Assembly (NCBI RefSeq): GCF_006345805.1
Contig: NC_043013.1
Location: 30,380,001-30,444,000 of the forward strand
DNA length: 64,000 bases
Direction of reading: 5' to 3'
Source of the DNA: Octopus sinensis
Taxonomy: Eukaryota
Part shown: in pieces, positions 23,017 through 35,099 of the stretch
Layout of the letters: each line of letters opens with the position of its first letter
Position numbering within the stretch: the stretch's first letter is position 1
Made by a program: the position numbers and the translations under genes
Notes under the pieces: generated by a model
Seen by the model: the letters and a program-made list of their open reading frames with translations, nothing else
Told to the model about the DNA's origin: nothing
Databases searched by the model: none

Positions 23017-23733
23017 ATATACATATATATTTCAACGAACATTTGAAATTATGTGACGATTGAGTGATAGAAGCGATTGTACAGTGCGACCAACCAGAAA
23101 AAGAAACGATTAAATAATTGTATGCATTCAATATACTTTTTCCCTGTTTTTTTTTCTCTCTCTCTATGTAGTCCTCTCTGTCGGTCTCTCTGTCTCCCTG
23201 TCTCTCTTTCTGTTTCCCTATCTCTCTCCTCCCCTCTTTCATTCACTATGTAGCCGATGTGAAAATCTTGCTGTGAGCTAACTTATCATTCTGTTTTCCA
23301 TCTTTGTTTCTTATTTTTTCCTCTTTAAAAATATATTTGAAGATATTTGTGATTTTATCATCATTATAACGGCTAAATAGATAGATAAATATCAAATCGA
23401 GTTGACACAATTTTCACTTCTGTTTAATGGAAACGGAGAAATTAATCCCTTAGGTACTCGTACAACATTTCCCCGCTGTCATTTATTTCAGTAGACATAC
23501 AAACTTGTAGTCAAATATATAAGCGGTAGCAGACTTGAAAGCAATTGGCCGAAAGAAACAAACAGAAAAAGAAAACTGAAAACCGCATAACTCACTTGCC
23601 AAGAAACAAAAAAGAGAAAACGTCCGAAATTTTGATGAATGTTTGATTTCGAATAATAAACAGACACCAACTATTGGTGTTTATGCTAGCGAAAACAAAA
23701 AAAATTAATACATTCAACATTATTTCCGTCTCT

Positions 23734-23781
23734 GTATATCTTTCTCGCTATCTTTCCGGAAAGATAGCGAGAAAGGTATAC
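23734..23781. repeat. Spacer-less palindrome (36-bp perfect core, 48 bp with one mismatch)
   Basis: GTATAT-CTTTCTCGCTATCTTTCC|GGAAAGATAGCGAGAAAG-GTATAC. Confidence 0.95.
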
Positions 23782-24227
23782 AAAGAAAAGAGTAATTTTG
23801 AATGTATTCATGAGTTTTATAAACGAGAATTATTAGTAAGCTGGGCCCTTAGAAGCAAAGGCAACATTAAAAGAAGAGACAGACGAGACGAAATATATCA
23901 TGTAAGCAATAAAAGGAATTGGCACAAAATCGAATAATTAAGCAGCGAGTAAATGCAGAAGTTGCCAAGATTAGAAACGCTCGATGAGAAAAAACATCCA
24001 TGATAAGCAAATTCCCAATTGCTACTCAAATCAGAAATGCCTATTTGTTATTCGCATAGGAAATAAATGTCAGGTTAAGGACAGACCAGCCTAAATACCT
24101 CGGAGAGCAGGCAGAAAATGTTGAGTGTCGGGAGAAACTGCGTTGCAGTATTCTTTCAGACTGATTACATTCGTAGTTCAAATTCTTCAAATATTTCCGT
24201 ATCATGCTTACAGGGTCGATAAAATAA

Positions 24228-24259
<32 letters not shown>

Positions 24260-24267
24260 TCGAAATT

Positions 24268-24459
24268 CTACTACCATCACAGAGAGGACAAACGGATTAA
24301 GTCGATTACATCGACCCCAGTGCGTAACTGGTACTTAATTTATCGACCCCGAAAGGATGAAAGGCAAAGTCGACCTCGGCGGAATTTGAACCCAGGACGT
24401 CACGGCAGACGAAATACGGCTACGCATTTCGCCCGGCATGCTAACGTTTCTGTCAGCTC
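24268..24459 (-). mobile_element. SINE, family B
   Basis: Near-identical to 15724-15958. Confidence 0.9.
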
Positions 24460-26932
24460 AGTCTAATCAACTGGCTCTCTGCCTCAAAATATCGCACCTT
24501 GTGCCTAGGGTAGAAACGAATACTGTGTTGGGAAGTGAAGGAACGAGTCGTATATTTAGCCAGGTTTCGAAATGCATTGTTAACATTCTATTCGATCGGC
24601 AGCAATTTTAATGTCCTGAAATGTATCTTTCTGAATTAATTTTTCGACGATAATACACATTTTCTTTTCCCCTGCCAAAGATTAGAATAACGTTTTCTTG
24701 TTTGCCTGTTTGGAAATTATTTATATTGTTCCTTATGAAACTGCTATATTAAAACAAATGTATTCTGCAATATATCATGTGCCGAGTAAAGTTATAAAAT
24801 ATGCATCCTTATTCACTTCGAGCCTAAAACTTAAATAACTGCCATCCAACACTTTCTATCGGTATTCCAATGCTGGGATAAATTTATTTCTGCTATTCTT
24901 CACACCGCATTGGCCATCTAAAGCATGCACTCACAAGATGTACATATATTTTATCACGTTATACATGAAAGTACACAACGATGTAGTACGAAATCGTCAT
25001 TATTCACTATTCCAATCAACTCAAATTATTCTATATCCGTATCCGGAATCTAGAAAACGAAACCAACTCGCCATATAACACATATATTTAAAATCATTAC
25101 GCATAGGTCACCTTATTTTATGTTATTTATTTGTTGATGATTTGCAAACAAATAATATAAATTTTCATCTAGAGTTGAGCAGCAATCAAACGATAATAGC
25201 TTTTGCTGGGTGTGAATCCAGCATTCCACGTAAATACCTCTACAGCGAAGAATGACATAGCCACACAAAGATAGAATTAGCAACTAAACACCCCAGTGAA
25301 ATATATATCACTCTTAAATGCAGCACGAATCCAATTAAGATTTGCTCTGATGCTTAGTACGCTCCTCCCTATAATTATTTTTACTTCTCGTAAAAGACAA
25401 ATTGTTTTTAGTGACTAAGTTGCTAATACGTACTAATAAACTATGTATTAATGAATTTCACTTCGTTCACTTCTTGAACTTGGTTCACATTCTTTTACAA
25501 CGTTAAAAGAAACAAAAAAAAACATTTCAATGGAAAGTAGCCAGGTTGGTGAGTTTTATGTTTATAACAACGTCGGCGAAAAGTCCAAATCGTATTTTAA
25601 AAAATTCCAAATCGTATTAGCCTCACGCGTCGCGTACTATACATTTTTTTTTAGTTGTAATAGTGTTAGTATATTTAATTGAACTTTAAGCTATTTACAA
25701 CTTCAAAGTTGAAAATTCTTTGTTGTTAAATAAAAATATCTGAAACAATACGCAACAAATAGCGTGTAATGATGCCCCATTTTTATCGATGTTATTAACG
25801 TGTGAACTATTGTATTTTAATTCTTCTTTAGATTCTACTTAAGAGTAAAGAGAGATTTGTACTTTAGTAATACGTGTGAACTTAATATAACAATAGCGAC
25901 CATTTGTTATGTTATTGTAATTTGCAATTACTTTTCCATTGTTTTCCTGTATTGTTTCTATCATCACATGACAAAGCAAAGCTGATGCAAGCAATAGGAT
26001 TTTGACTTTCAAGCTGAAGTATTAGTGATTCGTGCTAAGTCTCTTCCACGGCGTTGACTCTTCAATAGATACTATTATATTTGAATTTCTTCGCCTGCAT
26101 AAACCAAAGAATGGGGAAGACCGTCAGAAAATCATTAACATCGCCTTGCACATTGTAACATACGTTGTTGTCTCCTTTCACAAATATCACATTCATTCCA
26201 CAATTCTTCCCGTTTAGTCACCTTATTGTTGAATGAGATTACAGTTAGAGAAAATGTTCTTTATAAAATATTGAAGGTATATTTTCCCGCAAGCGGAATT
26301 GAAGTTATCAGGGTAAACAAGCACAAAACTCGTGTGCTTCATTTAGTTGGTCTTGTAACGGAACCCCTGAGGACAAATTGTCTTTATTATTACTCTGTCT
26401 TCGATTGGATGTAGTGTATTTTTAGTCTTACGTATGTAACATTATATTGATGTCACAGTTTCAGCTTTCTAGTATATAACAGCAGAGTTAAAGCCAAATT
26501 TTCTCATGAAAGAGAATAATATCCTGAAGCAATCATGCGACTTTAATCAGAATCCGATATCTATCAGCTACTTAATTAATTGATTAATGATGGAAGATAT
26601 TATCACAATACAAAGCAAAAAGAAATGGAAAAATATTGAAGTTTGAAACAAATATAATAAATGCAAACATTGATTGTTGTCATTCAAAATTATTACACTG
26701 TTCATATTCACGTAGGACATGGTTATTTCGAAGGTGCAGTAAAACACACAAAAATCTTTTCATCAAAGTGAAACTTCGAAAGATACGAGTGCTGTTGATC
26801 GATTTAGGAACGTACCGGGAGGTGAACGAGAAACAAAGAGGTGATGCAGCGAGCTGGCATGAACGGTTTCTGAAACTAAACGTCGGATACGGTTTACTGG
26901 AGATGTACTTCAATTAAAGAAAGAAATACCTG

Positions 26933-27050
26933 GTGCCAGCTCGCTTAGCCAACGGGGTGGCGTCATTTGAAGGCTAAAATAATGCGAAGCGCATTGTGAC
27001 CAGAGATGTGTAGGAACATCTGATAGCCTGGTCGGTCATGATGATCAGAG

Positions 27051-27052
<2 letters not shown>
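26933..27052 (+). mobile_element. Head-less copy of family D tail type 1 followed by (AT)n
   Basis: GCTCGCTTAGCCAACGGGGTGGCGTCATTTGAAGGCTAAAA...CTGATAGCCTGGTCGGTCA matches 22896-23016. Confidence 0.85.
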
Positions 27053-27108
<56 letters not shown>

Positions 27109-27475
27109 TTTATTAAAAAGCAGCAAAAATATCATTAGAAATATGTTACTCAGAGTTTACGCTCCCGTTAGTCGGACAGTTATATAGTTATGGTATGCTC
27201 TGTTAAGAAAGCAGTGCAGTACACTACAATATAAAGCTCATCCACCTTCAGCTGCCAAGCAGTAGCAGTATTATACGTATTTCCAGGTTAGTACTAAAGC
27301 TTATGTCGTGCGTGAATAGATAATAAAAAAATTGGAGTCAACAAGATGGGATATGGTTGGACATATATCTTTTAGTCACTAAGGTTTCCATGTAACATAA
27401 CTCTGCAGGCCTGCAGGTATTTGATTATATGACCGCTTCCTTACATTATGAGATTTAGTTGTGCCTCCATAGGCG

Positions 27476-27549
<74 letters not shown>

Positions 27550-27833
27550 ATATAAAATTATTTAAATTTTGAATTTTATATTTTATATTTTGTATATTAT
27601 ATTAATTAATTGTATGCCTATGTTTTGGTTTATGTTTTTCACTGTTTGATTCGCCTAATAGTGGGTTTTATCTTTAATTTAATATATATTTATACTGTAA
27701 AATTAGATTTAATCTAATTAATAACTTACAAAAACCGTATAGTTAAGAACTAAAATGAAATATATATATATATGTGTATATATATATATATGTATATGTA
27801 TGTATGTAAATGAAATATATATATGTGTATATA

Positions 27834-27869
<36 letters not shown>

Positions 27870-27929
27870 TGTATGTATGTATGTATGTATGGATATATAT
27901 GTATGTTTGTGTGTATTGTAACTAGAGGA

Positions 27930-28102
27930 ATTTATCTGTAAGTATAATATATTGACAATTATTCAGTAGCCATGATAAAATTCCGAGTTTCGGATGTCGG
28001 GGCGGAAACCCATGCCGCCATCTCCTCAGTTATTCGGCCATGATAATCCTCGGAGTTTTATGGCTACCGAATAATTGTCACATATATTTACAGACATAAA
28101 TA
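27930..28102. mobile_element. ~170-bp fold-back (MITE-like) element with ~55-bp inverted arms
   Basis: Left ATTTATCTGTAA..TAT..TGACAATTATTCAGTAGCCATGATAAAATTCCGAG versus the reverse complement of the right arm, ATTTATGTCTGTAAATATATGTGACAATTATTCGGTAGCCATAAAACTCCGAG. Confidence 0.8.
27981..28055 (-). ncRNA. Type III hammerhead ribozyme-like motif, probably inactive in this copy
   Basis: UCCGAG-[G]A-UUAUC(AUGGCC)GAAUAA-CUGAGGA-GAUG...CAUC-C-GAAAC-UCGGA. Core CUGANGA and GAAA are present and stems I-III form. U16.1 is replaced by G and there is a one-nt offset in stem II. Confidence 0.5.
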
Positions 28103-28634
28103 AATATACATATATGAAATACAATTAAGATTCAGTTGAATTAGGTACTTAAATTAAGACACGTTATTAAGTAAAAATAATCTGCGCACGCAAACAACAA
28201 GAGGTGAATATTAAACTTGGTTCGGGAGTATTTACATCCGATATTCTTGTAGTGCACGCAGACAACGGGACCCAACCTACTGAAGATATCTGATCGGAAT
28301 TGTTGAGACATGTACTTTTTATAAAGATACTTTCTATAATATTTCCGAAATGCAGAATCCAGGGAAGGAGGGAAGGTGAATAAATTATGAGTACCAAAGA
28401 TGTACAGGTGTCGATTCATTACGATCGTTTCAAACGACACATTTAATTGATTGATGAAAATATTACCTCAATGCAAAAATGTTGTTTTCTTCAGAGGGCT
28501 GCACAGACTTCAAACAGAAAGGACAAACTGCTTAAACATCACCAACGGATCTTAACTATTTACATTGATTCTGCTGCTATATCTTTGACAGAATCTATCT
28601 ACACATACACACATACACACATATATATATTTAT

Positions 28635-28689
<55 letters not shown>

Positions 28690-29437
28690 CATACATATAT
28701 ATATGGATGACTATTGTACTTTGATATGTCTTACAATAGAGTTGAATCTTTTTATGTTTGTATGCTTTTGAAAATGTAGGTCGAACTTCATGTATTCTGG
28801 TAATGTAACATTTTCATTTCCATTATTAAGATGCAGAAATATAAAAATAGAATAACGCCTCCATAGAAATTTTCTCTTTCTACATCTGAGCATATATTTT
28901 AGTAAATATATTGATGGAACATAACTTCATAAATGCTTCGAAATGTACCACATATATGTGAAAATAATTTAATTTTGCTTAAACCTAGTGAAGTTAATTC
29001 GATTAGAGCAAGCAGTTACATACTGACACTGTTTTGATATCTGCAAATCGTAATAAAACACTAATGACTGTCTGTATAATGGTAAATCTAGAAACTCACT
29101 GCTAAAAATGCAGTTTGGACGATGAATTATTCATGATTTACAGGTTTGTACGTAAATACAGTATTAAATTCATCTTGATTGAACGCTTAGAGTCATAAGT
29201 GATAAATTATATTTTATGATTTTTATTTAGCAGACATTCAGCTAGTGCTGGTGGAGTTGTAAATGTAATCGAAATAGTCAAGTATTTATGATGACTTTAT
29301 TTTGTTTCACCTTTCACACACAAACGCACGCAGGCGTGTGTGGAGGCGCACACTCACACACTCACACACATAAATTGCTAACGTCATACGAATTCTATTA
29401 AATTTCGAGACAACGTGAAATAATTCTATTTCGAATA

Positions 29438-31503
29438 CACTGTGCAACAAATTGCAGGTTCAAAAAAAGTTAAGTAAGACTTGTTTCTGGGTCAAAAAAC
29501 TATCCTTATTCTGATTCTGACCTTTATTTCTCCAGATTAGGCACCGATGTCCTGTACCATGAACCATATGTTTTATAATATACTGCATAATATTGCGTAT
29601 TGAACACAACATTGCAAATACAGCAAAACAAAAATTTAGTTGGTATAACAAAACATATATTGGTTATGAAATAAAAACACACCTATCAGTTTAAACAACG
29701 TTGTCCTTCTCAATCTCTTGTGCTGAGTGTGATCTACTTTTATTATACCCTAGCAGTCGTCTGCCAACATGCCAGGGTTCCATATTCCTTTGAATCGTCG
29801 CTCCATCGCTGAAATATCCTGATGTAATCTTTCGCCATGTTCATACTCGCATCACTAAGATTTTCCGCAAAAAATCCAAATGGGAGTGAACCACATGAAA
29901 TTTTAGAGACATGTTACATCCCATATCATGATAATGACACAGCAGATCATTCAAAACTTGCACATAGTCTTCTGAACGACGGTTGCCCAGGAAGTTATCA
30001 CAAACTTTCTTCAATGACTTAAAGGCAAGCTTCTCTTTTCTCTTGAGATGTGTGATATAGGTTTCATCAAGTAAAACTTTTTTGAATTTGTGGACCTATG
30101 AAGAAACCTTATTTAGTTTTAGCTTGACGGGTATGCAAGTGCAGAGGATTCCTTGTCCAAAACGTTCAGAAATTGCTTAAAGAAACAAAATTTAATATGC
30201 AAAGGTGGTAAAAAATATTCTATCACTTTTCACAAGTGGTTTGTTCATGATGTTGTTTTCCTTGCTCAATTTCATCTCAGATCTGCAAATCCTTGCGTAC
30301 ATAATGTTCAGCTCTGGCCTTAGAATTCCATAAGCACAGGAAGCAACAGAATTTAGTATAGCCAAGATGAAGGCCAGTAAGCATGGCTACAACCTTAAAA
30401 TGTGCACAAATATGCCTGGTATGGTCATCATACTGCATGCATGTTAGAATTGCTTTCAGATTTTCATATGATGTTTTCATAGTTGTGCTATAAGCTATGA
30501 GAACAGAAGGCAGAGTGTTACCATTGTTTAGCAGAACAGCTTTGATGTTGTCCTGTCCTTGGATGGATTTTATGAAAAGTCGCTAGTTGTTCAGCGATGT
30601 CATTACAAAAGCATGTCAGCCTTCATGGTGAATAATGCAAGCAGATCCTCTGTACGTTCTCTGTACAGTGTTATCGTCACTCTTTTCTCAAGAAGATTAC
30701 GTTCTTGAAGCCTTGATGCCAGAAACTCGCTTTTGCCTTTCGTTAGAGATCCCTGCACAAGCCATTTAGAGCCTCTAGAGAAAATCGTATTAGTTTATTC
30801 TCGCTTTCTGGATCATTGGGCTCCAAACATTCACCGCGGGAATGTTCATCAGCACTGCTGGAACTCTGCATTTCTTGATCTGGAGGTTTGGGCACAGGTA
30901 AATTTTCTGAGTGCTCTATTGGGCGCATTGCTGATTAGTACATCCTCTAAAGTCATTTTGACAGAAATAGCAATCATTAGAGTGATCTTTCTGCTCACGC
31001 CAAATCATTGGCAAACATCATGTGCATATTCTTTCCTGCATACCAGGCACTCAATGTTTTCACACATGTAAGGCAACACACATGAGGAGCCCATGACTAA
31101 TCCTGGTCTCCTAAGTAACAATCGAAGTACACCTTGTATATTTTCTTGATATAGCAAAAGTCAATTCCCTACAGATTTAACAGAACCTGTTTAGATCATT
31201 TTTGCACTGTCTTGCACTCATTGTTGAAAACAAATAAGATCTGAAAGATAAAAAATAACATCAAACACAAGATTCGAATTGTAGGTGCTATTAAGATTGG
31301 TTTCTAGTCCTGGGTTGAAACCCATTTTACAATGTGGTAGAGAGCTTTATTTAACAATAATGACAAAAAGGGGATACAGTGACAATTCTGTAGAAACCAT
31401 GCCTAATTCAGCAAAAAGAAGGCCAGAAATGAATTTCCCATGTCATTTTGCAAAAATAGAAATCGCCACACATCTCTTGTACTTTATTGAGTGTTGCACA
31501 GTG
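29438..31503 (-). mobile_element. Full-length decayed Chapaev3-like (CMC superfamily) DNA transposon
   Basis: 12-bp TIR CACTGTGCAACA at 29438 and its reverse complement ending at 31503, a 3-bp TSD ATA on both sides, and internal transposase remnants. Confidence 0.85.
29690..31221 (-). pseudogene. Chapaev3-like transposase, many stops and frameshifts
   Basis: MSARQCKNDLNRFC*IC; YFDCYLGDQD*SWAPHVCCLTC; WREQKDHSNDCYFC; SYENLKAIL...YDDH...ICAHFKVVAMLTGLHLGYTKFCCFLCLWNSKARAEHY; NFLGNRRSEDY...MGCNMSLKFHVVHSHLDF. Confidence 0.85.
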
Positions 31504-31554
31504 ATATTGGTTTCCAATCACACATAAACCTATAAATAATAGTATATGAATATT

Positions 31555-31890
31555 GGTTATTGAAAAAAGGTTTCCCCACGGGCAGCTTTCGTATAGCAAA
31601 AGTAACATTGAAAATACAGGATAGAAGGACAGCTGGACACTGGATACTGGACATTGGGTACAAGATAACTGGGCACTGCATGAGACAAACCGATGAAATT
31701 GCTAACAAGCTAGCGTTCTGGCAACCAATGGCAGGAAGAACCCGGAGACGAAGAAGGAAGACAAATTGCTGGGAGATACTGGTATGGAAGGGGTACAGGG
31801 GTTGAGGACCATTATGGAAGAATCGAGATAAATGGGGAAAACATGTGGAAACCGTTTAGGGGCGTCCTGTGGGACGACCTAGATAAATAG
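31555..31890 (+). mobile_element. 3' fragment of an RTE-clade LINE
   Basis: KVTLKIQDRR...GHCMRQTDEIANKLAFWQPMAGRTRRRRRK resembles the RTE-type C-terminus (KI..RR..LAGH...L..WQP..GRR.RGR). Confidence 0.65.
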
Positions 31891-32305
31891 AGAGATAGGT
31901 AGATAGATAAAGAGAAGATGGAATTGGTTTAACTAGTTTGTACGACGATCTTATCAACCTGGCCTACAACTCTCCTTTATAGTTGGGAAGCTGTGGATCA
32001 TACTGTGTTGCATCAATTTTGCAGTTTGGGTCACGCCAGGTACATTCATACCTAAAGTGGTATCACGCTAAACATTTTGATTTGGGGCAGTCATGTTGTT
32101 ATTTGCCTGCTTCATTTAGGGAACGATGTATTGACAATGCTATGTTTATTGTCCATGAGAAATAAAATAAAAAATGTATACATAAAAACCGAAATAAAAT
32201 TAAATATATAAAATGTGCTCCAGCATGATGGCAGGCAAATGATGGAAAAAATTAAAGATAAAATAATAAGAAAGGATGAAAATGCTTTTATCAAGGGAAA
32301 GTAAT

Positions 32306-32457
32306 CTTTTCTAGTTTAGGCACAGGGCCCGAAATTTTGGGGGAAATTTTCATCGTAAAGGATTCCTGGGTAGAATTTGAACTCAGAACCTAAACACAGG
32401 CGAAATATCACTAAGAACTTGGACTAGGGTGCTAACGTTTCTGCCAACTGGCTGTAG
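32306..32457 (-). mobile_element. Old family B-related SINE with a 17-bp target-site duplication
   Basis: Residual AGAATTTGAACTCAGAAC...GTGCTAACGTTTCTGCCA, flanked by TATCAAGGGAAAGTAAT (32289-32305) and TATCAAGGGGAAGTAAT (32458-32474). Confidence 0.65.
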
Positions 32458-33774
32458 TATCAAGGGGAAGTAATATTGATAGTTTGAGGCCGGTAGAGGA
32501 AAATTACATTAAGTTTAAAGCGAGGAAAGGCCAATGGAAAAAAGTAAAGAAGAGGGTGATATATATGAGACCTGTTGAATAATGATATTAAAATTCCGTA
32601 ATCACAGATACTTTAAGATTATAGGTTTAAGCAGGTGGTGTATAAATATTGAAATGAGCTATATCAATAGTTAATCCAGTTATCACCTGTGATAAACACA
32701 TTTAAATTTATATATACACATGAACTTGCACACACACGCACTTGTACACGCACACATACATGTGCGCTCGTATATCAGTATATACCTGCATTCACATACA
32801 TGCCCACATATTGATACAGCATCAGTCGTACGTTCATACATACGTATTTATACCTTTGCGCTCATACGCCAGTAAGTCCAAACGTACATATACACGTCTT
32901 GGCTTAGCAGTTCATATGTTTATATACAAGCACACACATGTACATACATAGGCGCCAACACACACACGCACATCCTTCAATCTCAGTGTGTAAGATATCG
33001 AAATCAATGTATTACTTCTACTTCATTAGTTATTGAAGCAGTGACGTTTGTCTTAATATATTTACTCAAGCTATCAGCTCACTAATTAACACATACTCAT
33101 TGCTCTGAAATATTACACATACACGCGCACACACACACACACATACACACATACATACATAGATACATATATATTTTTTTAATATATAAATGTATGTGTA
33201 TGTTTTTCAAATATTTAAAAATGACACGGAAAAAATAAATAAATAGTTACCAGGGTAACAAAAATCCACATAAGTACCAAGGATGTAACAAACTAATTTT
33301 AAATGTAGAAATTCCAGGCTTTAGTAACATGCTTTTGGATCACGTAGATAAATGAATAAATGGAGTTAAACACAGGTGTTATTCAAATCTTTATACTTTC
33401 GACATAGTTTCGAAGAAAAATTTGGTATTATTCTAGAAGATATAAAATGATGTAAAACAATGTAATATTCTCATCAGAGGAAAAAAAGAGAAAGAAAACG
33501 CATCAATAAGATATTTCAACAGAATGTGATTACTGCATACATGATCAAGGGAACGCTGGAGTAATACTAATGTTTTCTTCGAAACATATGTCGGAAATAT
33601 AAACATTTGAATAGCACCTGCTAGATGCACCAGAATTCTTTATGGTGTAATCCATACAAATCCATGGATTACACTTATAATCAAAATAAGCAACAAGTAT
33701 AACTCCGGTAATTTGGTACGATCGTTTCGCACTGCATCATTTTATTAAATGTTCTAAGTATTACAACAGTTTTG

Positions 33775-33825
<51 letters not shown>

Positions 33826-34089
33826 CATAGATGATATCCAAATATTCTCTATATAGAATACACGTAGTAGTGCTCAAGAGTGCCTATAGAGGTGAATGTA
33901 AGGATACACAAATTAGACAAATCAATATATAAAATGTTTAAAGTACATTATGTACATTAAATACAGAAATAAATGTTGGGTTTATTTTAACTATTCTTAG
34001 TGCATTTTCAACTTCTATTTTTCCTACGCACACACATACACACATATGTGTGTGGTTGTGTTTGCGTGCGTGCGTGTGAGAGTGTGTGC

Positions 34090-34120
<31 letters not shown>

Positions 34121-34257
34121 ATATATATATACATATAAATACACCACACACACACACATACAATATGTATTAGAAAACCTAGAAAGGGCTAGTCCTCAAA
34201 AAGTGACAAAAGCTCCATCATTGCAACGGAGATAAGAACAGCATTAAATTGTTACCA

Positions 34258-34510
34258 GGTAATATTGTGTGGTTGAGAAGATCGCTTCGCAAGCCATGGG
34301 ATTTTGGTTTCCCTCCCAGTGAGACTTATGAAGCAAAGTTCTTTTGCTAACTCGGTCTTGCGAGTGAATTTAGAAGACGGAAACTGCATGAAAATACCTC
34401 ATATATATTTAGAGATGCTTTTGTGAATCTGTGCGTCTGGGTTTGACCGCCTTGCTTGACAAGCTATGTCGGTTTGTACAAGCACCCATATACTAACGAT
34501 GCTTTCTCGC
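34258..34510 (+). mobile_element. Highly degraded family A SINE
   Basis: Residual TGTGTGGTTGAGAAG...CTTGCGAGTGAATTTAGAAGACGGAAACTG...GCTTGACAA in the same order as 2558-2955. Confidence 0.45.
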
Positions 34511-34905
34511 CGACATCATGTAGCACTGGTTAGCTGTCTCTACTGATCTCGATCCCTGCCGTCTTACTTTGCAGCTGTAATGTTGTAATGTATGTTACCT
34601 TTATTGTTCCAAATGAAATCTATCGTAGATGTCAGAAGCTTAGAGATTTCAATGTCTATTGAGTTGAATTGCTCTATAGAACAACTGACAAGTACCTAGT
34701 AACGTATAAATATCATGACGGATAGTTTCTTATTATAAGAGGAGAGGTCTGTGTAATATCTGTTTAAGGTATCTTTCGTTATACTCTCTTCGTACCACAT
34801 ATTTTCTTCAATGATTTTCTTCAAATGTAGAGAAGGACGATTGATACAAAGATTTCGGGTTGGAGTTGGTGGGAAGTTTATATACATACATACATAATAT
34901 GTATA

Positions 34906-35099
34906 GGAGGCGTTCTGAAAAGATCCCGGTTTTGGGTCAAATAAAATACAGCAGGACCAGTCTATTTTGATTTTATTCAATATATACCCCTCTCTTACGC
35001 GCTTACTGCAACGGCCCTTCTGTGAAAAAACTCGGAAGGTTGGCCTCCAACCAAGTGTTTCGCGATAACCTCAGAGCCAGGAACCTTTTGCACACCTCG
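34906..35099. mobile_element. Mariner-like MITE
   Basis: TA-GGAGGCGTTCTGAAAAGATCCCGG...CCAGGAACCTTTTGCACACCTCG-TA: imperfect ~25-bp TIRs with TA flanks. Confidence 0.7.

Noticed and set aside
25584-25620. 13-bp direct repeat TCCAAATCGTATT, twice
   Set aside because: Only two units with an A-rich spacer; a local slippage duplication, not a CRISPR array or satellite.
28141-28440. Overlapping 99-aa and 76-aa minus-strand ORFs, and a cadherin-like VVHADNGTQP string on the plus strand
   Set aside because: No complete domain motif or convincing splice pair.
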